A stretch of 32,369 nt of DNA from Theionarchaea archaeon (GCA_018992565.1 JACVGW010000017.1:1-32369); one strand, 5' to 3'. Numbered from the stretch's first letter, positions 9,546 through 19,303 are shown. Made by a program: numbers and translations. The notes: generated by a model not told the origin, from the sequence alone.

Positions 9546-10460
9546 CTATGCTGTCTGCTGCATATACAGGTACATTGCCGATTCCCAGGTATATTCTCTG
9601 TAGTCACCACTGTCTTCAATCTCAATGAAGAGAAGTTCTGCACGCCTCAATCCAGTTAACCGCTCGATCTCTGCAATCGCTTCGTCAAGATTCCCGATCA
9701 GATCTGCAAATCCCCATTGCACTGCCTGTTCACCCGTCCAGGTAAGCCCATCTGCATGCTGTTCCACCTGTCCGGTGGTGAGGTTCCTTCCCCTTGCCAC
9801 TGTGAATACAAACCGGTAGAACGCGTCATAGACCGAATCAGTGATGTACTGCCTTTCATCCTCATCGAGATCTCTCCAGTCAGCCCCTGCGTCTTTGTGC
9901 TCCCCGGTCTTGAAGACCTCGATATCGAACCCAAATTGACTATAATACCCGGAAGCATCGATGTGCACATAAATGACACCAATGCTGCCCACTTCTGCAT
10001 CAGGTCGCACCACAATTCTGTCGCACACAGACATGATGTAGAATCCACCTGAGGCAGCAACGCCTCCTGTGTAGGCCACAACAGGTTTCTTGTAGTTTAA
10101 CCGTTCAATTTCATAGGTGATCTGGGTCACAGCTGCCACCGACCCTCCTGGTGAATCCACCCACAAGATGACTCCCTTTATTGAGGTGTCCTGCTCCACT
10201 TCCCGTAGTTTTGCTGCAAGAGGCATCACATCTTCAGAATCGAGGATACCTTCAATGCGAATCACGGCTACCTTTCCATCTGTAGGACCTTCTCTAAAAG
10301 AGTTCTGGATGGACTGCTGCTCTCCACTGTATTCATCCTGCAACATGCTGTAGTCAGGACTGGGGACAGTAGGTTCTTTCACCGTGCCTTCCTGAGTGAG
10401 CTGTTCTGCACATCCTGTGACCAAGACGATAACAAGTAAGAGTAGTATCAATTTTTTCAT
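9546..10460 (-). CDS. sppA: Signal peptide peptidase SppA (S49), lipoprotein-anchored
   Basis: VDSPGGS, AASGGFY, VGSIGV and GEHKD motifs. Start ATG 10460 gives MKKLILLLLVIVLVTGC (lipobox), with a GGTGA RBS and TTTATATG box upstream. Confidence 0.88.
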   Translation of the reverse strand: MKKLILLLLVIVLVTGCAEQLTQEGTVKEPTVPSPDYSMLQDEYSGEQQSIQNSFREGPTDGKVAVIRIEGILDSEDVMPLAAKLREVEQDTSIKGVILWVDSPGGSVAAVTQITYEIERLNYKKPVVAYTGGVAASGGFYIMSVCDRIVVRPDAEVGSIGVIYVHIDASGYYSQFGFDIEVFKTGEHKDAGADWRDLDEDERQYITDSVYDAFYRFVFTVARGRNLTTGQVEQHADGLTWTGEQAVQWGFADLIGNLDEAIAEIERLTGLRRAELLFIEIEDSGDYREYTWESAMYLYMQQTA

Positions 10461-10650
10461 ACGTTCACCACAGTATTTTTCCTGTCCTTTCATATAAACT
10501 TAGTGACATCCTATCCTCCCACAGCCATACGTCTGCATCCTGCAAATGATGAAACCGTGCTGTCTTCACATTCTACATCAATATTCGTCTCTGTTTTCAT
10601 TTTTCACATAGCTTTTTATAGATACGTACAACTGGACTTCAGGTGATGAC

Positions 10651-11319
10651 ATGTCGATTGGTGAGAAAAAATCCATCTACTATTTTGATTACTGTGGAGA
10701 GTCAAATACAGAAAAGGTCCTTGAACTGGCTAAAGAAAGAGCGAAAGAGATGGGAATTGAGAAGATTGTCATAGCTTCGGAGACCGGCCTCAGTGCCCAG
10801 AAAGCAGCCACTCTTCTGAATGGGCTCAGTATCATTGTGGTTACCTCAGCTCTGGGAAGCAAAGTGGAGAATACTGGGCTTGGAGATCTGCTCATTGGAA
10901 TAGCAGACACTACCATCTTCCAGAACCTTCAGAAGACCTGCACTATTGTAAGAGGAACAGATCCCTTCCACAATATCAACGCACCTTTTCGGGAGATGAC
11001 CAATGATAAAATCATCAGGGCTATTCTGCACTGTATTTCTTCAGGAGTAGGAGTATGCATGCTGAGTGTGATGATGGCAACGGACCAGGGAGTGCTGACC
11101 ACAGGTGAGAGGGTAATCTCCTGCGGTGGATCATTTCTGGGACTGGACACTGCCTGTGTGGTGCGAGCCTCTAATTCAGTAGACCTTTTCACCGAGGATG
11201 GGGTAATAGTGGAAGAAATCGTGTGCAAGCCCCGGAATCCCAAGTATGAATGGCCTATTAATCAAAGCCTGTGGAAAGGAGATCTTGACCAATACAGGAA
11301 ATTTATGCTGAAAAAATAA
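10651..11319 (+). CDS. Pyruvate kinase C-terminal alpha/beta-domain-like protein (COG1751-like)
   Basis: YFDYCGESNTEKVLELAKERA..GIEKIVIASETG, GVGVC...MATDQG and GG...GLDTACVV. GGTGA RBS and TTTTATA box upstream. Confidence 0.75.
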   Translation: MSIGEKKSIYYFDYCGESNTEKVLELAKERAKEMGIEKIVIASETGLSAQKAATLLNGLSIIVVTSALGSKVENTGLGDLLIGIADTTIFQNLQKTCTIVRGTDPFHNINAPFREMTNDKIIRAILHCISSGVGVCMLSVMMATDQGVLTTGERVISCGGSFLGLDTACVVRASNSVDLFTEDGVIVEEIVCKPRNPKYEWPINQSLWKGDLDQYRKFMLKK

Positions 11320-11562
11320 TTTAGAAGCACTGATATGAGAGCAAGTTAGTATGTAATGGATTTCATGCAGTATAAAAGATAACCTCAATAATTCTGATCA
11401 GCAAATGGCTCAGCCGGTGTCCCTTTTGATTTTCTGTATATCTTGAAAATTATATGTCGCCTAAAAGATAAAGAATTTCTGATATATAACGTACTAGCTA
11501 CATAGAAATCAAAAGTGGTCTCAATTACGAAAAATTTATAAGTTCCTCAGAAATTGTTTGTC

Positions 11563-12057
11563 ATGTACTCCCACATCCGGAAATTCGTTGGGTACTTCTT
11601 CCATATGTCACTCAGGATCAAAATGAAAGCACTTAAGGTGATGGGCGTCAAAATCGGAAGGAACACAGTCGTTTACACTTCAATGCTCAATTTTGATACT
11701 TTCTTCCCAAATATCATCGAAATTGGATCAAACTGCGTTGTTTCCAAACATACGATTCTCATTACCCATGACTACTCCAGGAACTTCCCCACTGAAGGCC
11801 GGGCTTCCATGACTAAAGGGAGGATAGTGATAGGGGACAATACCTTCATCGGAATCGGGTGTATTATCCTCCCTGGTGTGAGTATTGGTAGCAATGTGAT
11901 TGTGGGTGCAGGGTCGGTAGTACGGGATTCTATTCCAGACAGTGTCGTAGCAGCGGGAAATCCCGCGCGAGTCATTAGTTCTCTGGAAAGATACATGAGC
12001 AAGGAACGTGCCAGAGAGGAAGCCTATGATACCACGTATGTTGTCAGGGCCATGTGA
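11563..12057 (+). CDS. Hexapeptide-repeat (LbH) acyltransferase
   Basis: IEIGSNCVV, ILITHD, IVIGDNTFIG.GCIILPGVSIG.NVIVGAGSVV and VAAGNPARVI. ATG 11563 lies about 22 bp after TTTATAA. Confidence 0.85.
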   Translation: MYSHIRKFVGYFFHMSLRIKMKALKVMGVKIGRNTVVYTSMLNFDTFFPNIIEIGSNCVVSKHTILITHDYSRNFPTEGRASMTKGRIVIGDNTFIGIGCIILPGVSIGSNVIVGAGSVVRDSIPDSVVAAGNPARVISSLERYMSKERAREEAYDTTYVVRAM

Positions 12058-13228
12058 TACGAAATTCTGCACTCGATGCGGATGCTGTATCAGTATATGC
12101 CCACAAGAATGTATCACGATAACCACACATGCAGAAATTGATGACTCATGTACGCAGTGCGGACTGTGCCGTGAAGTATGTCCAGGAGAGGGGACTGATC
12201 TGAAGGAAGAGGGAAGAAAGCTGTTTGAGGGCTCATGCTATAACCAGTATGTGGGCTGGATCAACCACGCATATACTGGTTACTCTTTTTCTGATGCAGT
12301 TCGGAAACGAGGCACCTCAGGAGGAGTGGTGACCTCACTGTTGATCTGCCTTCTGGAAAAGGGAATGATAGATGGTGCTCTGGTGGTGGGCTTTGACCCT
12401 GAAAAGCCCTGGAAGACTGTCTACCAGGTAGCCACCTGTGCTGAGGATATTCTAGAGAGTGCTCAGACCAAATATCAGGTGACGCCTTTAACCCAGCGTA
12501 TTTTCAGTTTGCCTTTGGAGAGAATTGCCGTGGTGGGCCTTCCCTGTGTCATTCAGGGGTTGAGAAAGGTTCAGGCTCTCAAGCAAGGGGAGAAGATAAG
12601 ACTTCTTATTGGGTTATTCTGCTGGGTAAACATGGAACGGGAAGCCACAGAATTCCTGCTGGATATGCTCAAGGTTTCTCCTGAAGAGGTAGCGTCCCTT
12701 GAATACAGGGGAGGGGATTATCTAGGAGGGTTCAGGGTCACCAAAAAAGACGGGGAGGTCATCACCCTGGACAAGGAGTGCTACAATGTTCTGCCCTTCC
12801 TGTTTGCCCCTGAGAGATGCGTTTGCTGCAGTGATTTCACCAATGAATTGGCAGACATTTCAATGGGAGATGCCAAATTTATGCATTCTCAGAAGGGACA
12901 TACCTTTGTCATAACCCGATCCCAGGAGGGAGAAACTATGTTGAAGGCATGTCTTGACCACGTATCGATAGATGAACATGATATTGAGGATATTATCTGG
13001 TCTGAGAGCTCTTCTCTTTTCTTCAAGAAGAGAGGACATAGGAGGTTGTTGAGAGAACCCTCAGTACACTCGGAAGAAGAGATAGACATTCCCGTTAAGA
13101 ATCGGCTCTTTGAATTCGGATTTACTCTTATTCACAAGAACAGGAACTTCTTTAGATCACTGTTCAAAGCAATGCCTGTAGAGTTGTTTAAACTGGTATC
13201 AAGAGTCATAACTAGAGAGAGAAGCTGA
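12026..13228 (+). CDS. FrhB-family protein with N-terminal 2x[4Fe-4S] ferredoxin domain
   Basis: CTRCGCCISICP, CTQCGLCREVCP, TSGGVVT, TKY, VGLPC, IGLFC and CVCCSDFTNELADISMGD. ATG 12026 follows GAGAGGA. Confidence 0.85.
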   Translation: MIPRMLSGPCDTKFCTRCGCCISICPQECITITTHAEIDDSCTQCGLCREVCPGEGTDLKEEGRKLFEGSCYNQYVGWINHAYTGYSFSDAVRKRGTSGGVVTSLLICLLEKGMIDGALVVGFDPEKPWKTVYQVATCAEDILESAQTKYQVTPLTQRIFSLPLERIAVVGLPCVIQGLRKVQALKQGEKIRLLIGLFCWVNMEREATEFLLDMLKVSPEEVASLEYRGGDYLGGFRVTKKDGEVITLDKECYNVLPFLFAPERCVCCSDFTNELADISMGDAKFMHSQKGHTFVITRSQEGETMLKACLDHVSIDEHDIEDIIWSESSSLFFKKRGHRRLLREPSVHSEEEIDIPVKNRLFEFGFTLIHKNRNFFRSLFKAMPVELFKLVSRVITRERS

Positions 13229-13274
13229 TCACCTGGAAGGTGTGATGTACATTCCAGTTCCAAGCGATTGAGGG

Positions 13275-13886
13275 TCAGCGGACAGTCCTCCAGATTTCTG
13301 ACAGGTCTGGGATTGAGCAGAATTCGTGGACATCTTTTCCCACAGGACATGACAGCACACATGTATAACACTTAATGCACTTCTCATGTCGAAACCAGGC
13401 ACCCAGTGCTCCCGTTGGGCACATATCCACACATACAGAGCAGGTAGCACAGGGATCAAATTCCAGGGGGGGACCCGGGAGTACAGGCATGGTAGTCAGG
13501 ATAGTAGAAAACTGAACCCTGGGTCCGAATTCAGGGGTTATCACAAGGAAGTTTTTTCCAATAATTCCCAGGCCAGCTTTCACAGCAAGCTCTCTGTGTG
13601 GGACTACGTTCCTGCCTGGCATGTCTTCCTGAGAGAAGAGAGCACCCCAGGCACCATATCCCTTCTCATAGAGGAATTGCCTCCCGTGTACGTTAAGCAG
13701 GTCCATGGTCTCGTTCATAACCTGTACAGTATCAGACTGGCTCTTCCTGAATAACCTGAGGACAGAGACACCTACAATAACTGCAGAAGAATACTCAGGG
13801 AAATACTCCCTGCAGTTGCAGAATCCCACAAGGTCGGCTCCTTTCTTCTTGAGGAATTGGCTTACCTGCTCCATCTCTATCTCCAT
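13275..13886 (-). CDS. QueG/reductive-dehalogenase-like Fe-S protein (epoxyqueuosine reductase family)
   Basis: GADLVGF, HRELAVKAGLGIIGKN.LVITPEFGPRV, CATCSVCVDMCP and CIKCYTCVLSCP. ATG 13886 chosen from TATA spacing; the GTG at 13901 is an alternative start. Confidence 0.75.
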   Translation of the reverse strand: MEIEMEQVSQFLKKKGADLVGFCNCREYFPEYSSAVIVGVSVLRLFRKSQSDTVQVMNETMDLLNVHGRQFLYEKGYGAWGALFSQEDMPGRNVVPHRELAVKAGLGIIGKNFLVITPEFGPRVQFSTILTTMPVLPGPPLEFDPCATCSVCVDMCPTGALGAWFRHEKCIKCYTCVLSCPVGKDVHEFCSIPDLSEIWRTVR

Positions 13887-13985
13887 GATCTCGAATGCCA
13901 CATTTACCTTATAAATGCTTCAGGAAGATTGAGAACCCTGAGGAAAGGTTGATAAGGCTGTCCTGTAACTAGGGATGGTGATTCT

Positions 13986-15068
13986 TTGAATGATGCATAT
14001 GAGGCATTGAGACGCACAATGAATTTGTGGCCCATTCGAACCCCGCGGACCAATGAAATTATGGAAATCCTCCATGTGTTGTATACTGAAGAAGAAGCGG
14101 GCTTCCTGGCTGAGATATTTTCTGCTCCCTATCAGGACGAGAAACATGCCCAGGAAATCGCTGACATGACCAACATGCCCCTGGATGAGGTGGTGAAAAT
14201 CCTCAACAGCCTGGCAGACAAAGGGTTAGTATTCAGATTTCCTCACTGGAAAAAAAAGGAGACGTACTATGCGCTTCTACCTCTGGTTCCGGGGCTCTTC
14301 GAATTCTACTTCTCAGGGCTGGCTGACGAGGAAAAGAAAGAGAAGCTCGCTACCCTCTTTGAGAAAGCCTATAAGAGCGGCCTTGCCATGGAAGCAGGTC
14401 CCAGTGATTATCCCTGGGAGCGGGTTATCCCCATTGAAAAAACACTACAGGTATCGCAGGAAATCCTACCTTTTGAAAGAGTCTCTGAATTCATCAGAAC
14501 GGCACACAAGATTGCCGTAATTCCCTGTGCATGCAGGACAAAGCACCCCTGCAAACATCCAGTGGATACTTGCATCGTTTTTGACAGCTCGGCGGATTTC
14601 ATGGTGGGAAGAGGAATAGGTACCTACCTGAGTATTGAAGCAGCCCTGGTTCTCCTGGAAGACATGGAAAAAGCGGGTCTTGTACACACCACTACCAATT
14701 CCCAAAGAAGACCTCAGTTCATCTGTAATTGCTGTACATGCTCATGCTTGATTCTGCGAGGATTGACTGAAATGCATAACCCACGAGCCTTTGCCATATC
14801 GAATTTCGTTGCCCAAAAAGATGAGGATGCATGTACCCTGTGCAGGACGTGTATTGAGGTGTGCCCTTTTGACTGTTACTTCTATCACTACGACCACGAT
14901 GATGAGCCTGAAAAAATCGGATTCAATCCTGAACGGTGTGTAGGGTGTGGTCTGTGCAGTTATCACTGTCCTGCAGGAGCTATTACTCTGCGAAGAGTGA
15001 GAAATGAAGTACCTGAAGAAACAGCAAGGGATGCCTGGTTGAGAGTGGAAAAAGAAAGGGTTCATTAA
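13986..15068 (+). CDS. 4Fe-4S-binding protein with N-terminal winged-helix-like region
   Basis: YTEEEA...EIA...LNSLADKGLV, CACR...C...C, ICNCCTCSC, CTLCRTCIEVCP and CVGCGLCSYHCP. TTG start after a GGTGAT RBS. Confidence 0.8.
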   Translation: MNDAYEALRRTMNLWPIRTPRTNEIMEILHVLYTEEEAGFLAEIFSAPYQDEKHAQEIADMTNMPLDEVVKILNSLADKGLVFRFPHWKKKETYYALLPLVPGLFEFYFSGLADEEKKEKLATLFEKAYKSGLAMEAGPSDYPWERVIPIEKTLQVSQEILPFERVSEFIRTAHKIAVIPCACRTKHPCKHPVDTCIVFDSSADFMVGRGIGTYLSIEAALVLLEDMEKAGLVHTTTNSQRRPQFICNCCTCSCLILRGLTEMHNPRAFAISNFVAQKDEDACTLCRTCIEVCPFDCYFYHYDHDDEPEKIGFNPERCVGCGLCSYHCPAGAITLRRVRNEVPEETARDAWLRVEKERVH

Positions 15069-15126
15069 TGACAGCCCGCAGAATATTGTGCTGCTACTGG
15101 GACAACTTCAGTGAAGCTGGCCCTTA

Positions 15127-15582
15127 TCACCACTTTTCAATGTGAGTAAGAATCACCTTGTGCAACTGATCCCTGTTCTCCCGGGTGACCTCAAAGACCT
15201 CTGCATCACCATAGGTAAAAGCATCCACAAGGTCACTTCTCACGATGAGGATGGCTGGCTCTCTGATATAGTGAAAAACATCAAGGACTCGTTCCACTTC
15301 CAGATACCCAATTTCATCATATACCAGAATATCTCCATCCCTTCCAAGACTGTCAATGATGAACTGCAGAGATTCTACACGAAAGAAAAATCTCCTGAAT
15401 TTCAATCCAGGCCCTGTTTCTGAGCAGAGTATCCTCTTTTCTCCTGTCTTCACGTCCTCAACATAGTACCCATCCTCAAACCGATCACTTATCACACCGT
15501 AGAAGTCCCTTCTGGATTCATTCACAATTCTCCGCAGCACTGTTGTTTTCCCAATTCCCCTCTCCCCTGTGATCACAATCAT
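15127..15582 (-). CDS. P-loop NTPase (NTPase_1/THEP1- or DUF2478-like)
   Basis: ITGERGIGKTT (Walker A) and LVYDEIGYLE (Walker B). ATG 15582 overlaps the EcfT stop (ATGA). Confidence 0.8.
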   Translation of the reverse strand: MIVITGERGIGKTTVLRRIVNESRRDFYGVISDRFEDGYYVEDVKTGEKRILCSETGPGLKFRRFFFRVESLQFIIDSLGRDGDILVYDEIGYLEVERVLDVFHYIREPAILIVRSDLVDAFTYGDAEVFEVTRENRDQLHKVILTHIEKW

Positions 15583-16250
15583 AGACTCCACCACCCCGCC
15601 CCAGCCAACGCAGCTGCCATGAAAAGAATCCAGGCATAATCAAACAGAGAGAATACCGATTGCTTCCTGAATGTCCTTTTCCTGTATATGCCGAAACATC
15701 GCCCCTCCATTGATAAAGTCAAAGCATCGGCTCTCTCCAGAGCCGAATATATCCACGGGAAGAAGGTATATCTCACACTGTTGAGAAGAGAAGAAACCCC
15801 TTCCAGGTTTATCCCCCTGGCCATCTGTGCCTTCTTAATCATCATAGATTCAGTACTGAAGAGTGGAATCAACCTGAAGGTGAGCACCATGGTCATGCCA
15901 TACCGGTAAGGCAGTCCACAATTCATGAGAGCGTGGGCAAATTCATTGGGGTCCTCTCGAGAAAATAACATGCCGGAAAACACAATTCCCAGGAATCTCA
16001 ACACAATACGCAGGGCATATTCCACTTTGTAAGAGAGATCTCCCTCAATAAAGAACGCGTTGATCCCGAAAATAATCACTGCAAATATCATGACAAATCG
16101 ACTCACCCGAAACCGAGTGACATACATCACAAAAGGGATGACAAAAAGCCCTGCCAGCACAACCAGGTCATCAACTATGAAAAGAATGACACAGTACACT
16201 GCCACCGTGAGGAATTTGGTGAGAGAATTCAGCCTAAAGCTTGATCTCAT
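15579..16250 (-). CDS. ecfT: ECF transporter transmembrane component T
   Basis: Hydrophobic N-terminal half, RLIPLF, AQMARG and SMEGRCF (the two conserved Arg motifs). True start is probably ATG 16250. Confidence 0.88.
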   Translation of the reverse strand: MRSSFRLNSLTKFLTVAVYCVILFIVDDLVVLAGLFVIPFVMYVTRFRVSRFVMIFAVIIFGINAFFIEGDLSYKVEYALRIVLRFLGIVFSGMLFSREDPNEFAHALMNCGLPYRYGMTMVLTFRLIPLFSTESMMIKKAQMARGINLEGVSSLLNSVRYTFFPWIYSALERADALTLSMEGRCFGIYRKRTFRKQSVFSLFDYAWILFMAAALAGAGWWSL

Positions 16251-17559
16251 GCAATTTCCCCCCTCGCAATTCAAATACACGGGTGCAAAATGCCTTGGCA
16301 ATAAAGGGATCATGCAACACCATAACACATGTCTTTCCTTTCAATAGATCCATGATCTTCTGGACATTCTCGTAGTCCTGACCAATGAAGGGTTCATCCA
16401 GGAGAATTACCGCTGGGTCATAGGAGAGAACTGAAACAATGTTGAGTCTCCTCTTCTCACCATAGCTCAATCTGAAGGGATTCCTCTCCTGGTATTCCTG
16501 CAGTCCTGCATCTGCCAGAAGTGGGGTGATATCACGTTCTACAGAAAAATTGGTTGCTGCGAAACATGCCTCTTTGCGCACAGTATTCTCAAATATCTGG
16601 TGATTCGGATTCTGGAATACGATCCCAACGTCTTTCGCGATTTCTGCAGTCTTTTTATCTCGTATGCTCTTGTTATTAATGAGGATGTCTCCTTCATAGT
16701 TGAGAAAATTCATGATACACATGAGGAGGGTAGTCTTCCCTGAGCCATTGGCACCCATGATCCCCACCACCTCATTTTCTCTCACTGTCAGGTTGACACC
16801 ATCCAGAATCAGGTCATCATATGAAAAAGTCACATTCTTGAGCTCCAGGACTGGTTCACCCACCTCCCTCATGTATCCGGTATAGTGAATATCTACAGGG
16901 GTCTCGATGCGGACTAAAGTCCCGTCCTTCATTTCATAGAAGTGGTCCGCATACTTGTAGATGTGTTTCCACTTGTGTTCAATGACAAGTGCCGAAATGT
17001 TTGCTTTTCCCTTGATTTTAGTAATGACTCGCATAATTTCCTTGGTTGTCTCCACATCCAGGTTTGAGGTGGGCTCATCAAAGATGATAACCTCCGGTTT
17101 CATGGCCAGAATGGAAGCAATGGCTACCTTCTGTTTCTCACCACCTGACAGAGAGCGGGTCTCTCTTTCTTTCAGGTGAACTCCTCCCACAATGCTCAGG
17201 GCCCAGTCTATTCTCTGCTGGACTTCTTCAGGTGAAAAACAGAGGTTTTCCAGCCCAAAGGCAATCTCATCCTCAACGTTCAGAGTACATATCTGTGCCT
17301 CGGGGTCCTGCTGCACCATCCCAATACTCTGGGCCAGTTCAAAGAGGTCCACCTCGTCAATGTTACTGCTAGAGAAGAGAATTTCACCGGTATGGAATCC
17401 AGTATCTCTCAGGAACCCCGCGATACTGAGAGCCAGCGTTGACTTGCCACTTCCACTTTTTCCTGTAATGACAATGAGCTCTCGGTCTACAGTGAGGTTG
17501 ATATTCCTCAGAATCCACCGATCGCCGTACTTGAAGCTGTAATCTCTTATTTCTATCAT
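16234..17559 (-). CDS. ECF transporter fused double ATPase (EcfA-EcfA')
   Basis: Two ABC domains: GKSGSGKS / QDPEAQ / LSGGEKQK / FDEPT, then GANGSGKT / QNPNHQ / LSYGEKRR / LDEPF. Confidence 0.92.
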   Translation of the reverse strand: MIEIRDYSFKYGDRWILRNINLTVDRELIVITGKSGSGKSTLALSIAGFLRDTGFHTGEILFSSSNIDEVDLFELAQSIGMVQQDPEAQICTLNVEDEIAFGLENLCFSPEEVQQRIDWALSIVGGVHLKERETRSLSGGEKQKVAIASILAMKPEVIIFDEPTSNLDVETTKEIMRVITKIKGKANISALVIEHKWKHIYKYADHFYEMKDGTLVRIETPVDIHYTGYMREVGEPVLELKNVTFSYDDLILDGVNLTVRENEVVGIMGANGSGKTTLLMCIMNFLNYEGDILINNKSIRDKKTAEIAKDVGIVFQNPNHQIFENTVRKEACFAATNFSVERDITPLLADAGLQEYQERNPFRLSYGEKRRLNIVSVLSYDPAVILLDEPFIGQDYENVQKIMDLLKGKTCVMVLHDPFIAKAFCTRVFELRGGKLHEIKL

Positions 17560-18509
17560 AATATCTCTATCTTTATCACGTCCTGCACCCAGTAACTCCC
17601 TTCATACCCCTTGGCTATCAGCCGTCTCTCTCTGGTAAGGATAAGCTCTTCAATCCCATCCAGTGGAAAATCCACCGCATATCCATCTTCTGCAATGACT
17701 CTCACTGTTCTTCCTCGAGGATTCGCCCTTTCCACAACAAGGGACAAGGGAATACCCGTATACTGGGCTTCGGGTTCATACTTGTACTGTCCCACCATCT
17801 CTGCTTCCACAGTGGTCTCATACTGGGAAAAATCATCATATATAAGGAAGTATGCCTGTCCTACGTCGCCTGTCACCTCAATTTTCTCCGAGGTCTTATA
17901 CACGAAAGAATAGTAGTACACGCCGCCCACCATGAAAGCTGCACATATCACCAGTGTCAGGGCTTTCCTCACGTTGTATTCCTGCTCTCTCCCTTCCACT
18001 ACATTCAGTACATTGTAGGCAAAAACACCGGCAAAAGCAACTCCTGAAACAAATGAAATGAGAGCAATCAGAGTGAAAAAGTGAATCGCATTGTAGGGAG
18101 CGAAGAACAGTTGGAAGATGAATACATTGGCTGCTGTTGCTATGCCTCCTGCAATGGAGTACGTATACACATTCTTCTTCCTCAAGACAAGGAACATCAC
18201 ATCAGCAAGAACTCCCTGGATACCGCTCAGCAGAATGACAAAAATACCAAGCTTGCCGCCGGTGAACAGCTCTACCAGCCCTTTGAGAATCCCCACCATA
18301 GTGCAGGTTCCTTCTTTTTTCACCAACCCAAAAGCCAGGATAACCCAGAATATGTGTAACCCTGCCAGAAATTGTCCTGCGCCAAAGGGGACGCCCAAGA
18401 ACCTGTTGACCAGGTTACCCAGGTATCCAATATATGTGGAACTCACTCCACCCAAAGCCGATAGTATAGCAATTTTAACCAGGTCTTTCGTTTGGAAGTA
18501 GTATTTCAT
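17556..18509 (-). CDS. ECF S-component (YkoE-like) fused to a C-terminal sulfite-oxidase-like (Oxidored_molyb) domain
   Basis: N-terminal ~175 aa: TKDLVKIAILSALGG followed by about 6 TM segments. An extra TM follows, then IEVTGDV...YTGIPLS.VV...VRVIAEDGY...RLIA....GSYWVQDVIKIE. Confidence 0.75.
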   Translation of the reverse strand: MKYYFQTKDLVKIAILSALGGVSSTYIGYLGNLVNRFLGVPFGAGQFLAGLHIFWVILAFGLVKKEGTCTMVGILKGLVELFTGGKLGIFVILLSGIQGVLADVMFLVLRKKNVYTYSIAGGIATAANVFIFQLFFAPYNAIHFFTLIALISFVSGVAFAGVFAYNVLNVVEGREQEYNVRKALTLVICAAFMVGGVYYYSFVYKTSEKIEVTGDVGQAYFLIYDDFSQYETTVEAEMVGQYKYEPEAQYTGIPLSLVVERANPRGRTVRVIAEDGYAVDFPLDGIEELILTRERRLIAKGYEGSYWVQDVIKIEIL

Positions 18510-19279
18510 AGTGGAATCACCTCGTATGTGACCTCATCCCCCACACGAACAACAATATAATGATGGAACCCCTGCCTCGTCAATGATGATCCAGCTCCCC
18601 CTGATACGATAAGGGTTGTGCCATTAATGTCTTCTTCGTACAGGTGGTGTATGTGGGAGCAGAAAACATAGTCCACATGGTATTTCTGTACAATCTCAAG
18701 GAATTCCTCTGGATGAATCATGCAGTATGTCCCTTGAGGATCCAGAGGTGGCACGTGCATGAACACAAAGGTGTGTTCAACTCCTCTCTTGAGTTGGTTC
18801 TCCAGAAATTCAAGCTGAGATTCGTTGAGAACCTTTCTCGAATTGTCCAGAATCACAAAGAGAGCATTCCTGTAGGTGATAGCATACACTCTGTCTCCCA
18901 GATGCTGGGAGTAGTAGGGGGAGTCATCATGGTTCCCACATACGTACAGGAGGGGGGGTTTCAAAACGGATACTGTCTCCAGAAATGCTTCAAAGTCGTG
19001 TGGTGTCCCTTCAAAGACGAAATCGCCTCCTCCCACTACGAACAAAGGGTCCAGCTCATTAATCTGTCCAAGCATTGTGATGAAAACCTCTGGGTGCTGC
19101 GAACCGTCAGTAGGCCTGCAATCCCCAAAGAAGACGAATGTGAATGGATAGGTATCACCAAACAATTCTCTTCCTTTGTAAACTGGATACTGGTCTCGTG
19201 TCCTCTGAACCTGATACCCTGTCATGAGGATCAGTGCTGCCACACCTACAGCAGCTACCAGCACGTACCATCTCTTCAT
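18506..19279 (-). CDS. Membrane-anchored or exported calcineurin-like metallophosphoesterase
   Basis: N-terminal hydrophobic anchor (MKRWYVLVAAVGVAALILM), FGDCR, GGDFV, GNHD, MHVP and SHIH. ATG 19279 lies 25 bp from a TTTATAA box; ATG 19291 is an alternative start. Confidence 0.85.
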   Translation of the reverse strand: MKRWYVLVAAVGVAALILMTGYQVQRTRDQYPVYKGRELFGDTYPFTFVFFGDCRPTDGSQHPEVFITMLGQINELDPLFVVGGGDFVFEGTPHDFEAFLETVSVLKPPLLYVCGNHDDSPYYSQHLGDRVYAITYRNALFVILDNSRKVLNESQLEFLENQLKRGVEHTFVFMHVPPLDPQGTYCMIHPEEFLEIVQKYHVDYVFCSHIHHLYEEDINGTTLIVSGGAGSSLTRQGFHHYIVVRVGDEVTYEVIPL

Positions 19280-19303
19280 CGATATGCTCATGTAAGCATG
19301 ACG
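19280..19303. promoter_or_regulatory. Candidate ModE-like operator, box 1
   Basis: CGATATG-ctcatgtaag-CATGACG, a 24-bp imperfect palindrome filling the gap between the minus-strand TATA (19304-19310) and ATG 19279. Confidence 0.55.

Noticed and set aside
11483..11491. TATATAACG, a ModE-like half-site
   Set aside because: No matching partner half-site at the expected spacing, and the context is AT-rich.
6401..11518. ATCAAAAGTGG shared by two intergenic regions (6401-6411 and 11508-11518)
   Set aside because: A single 11-mer match is within chance expectation, and its position relative to the promoters differs.
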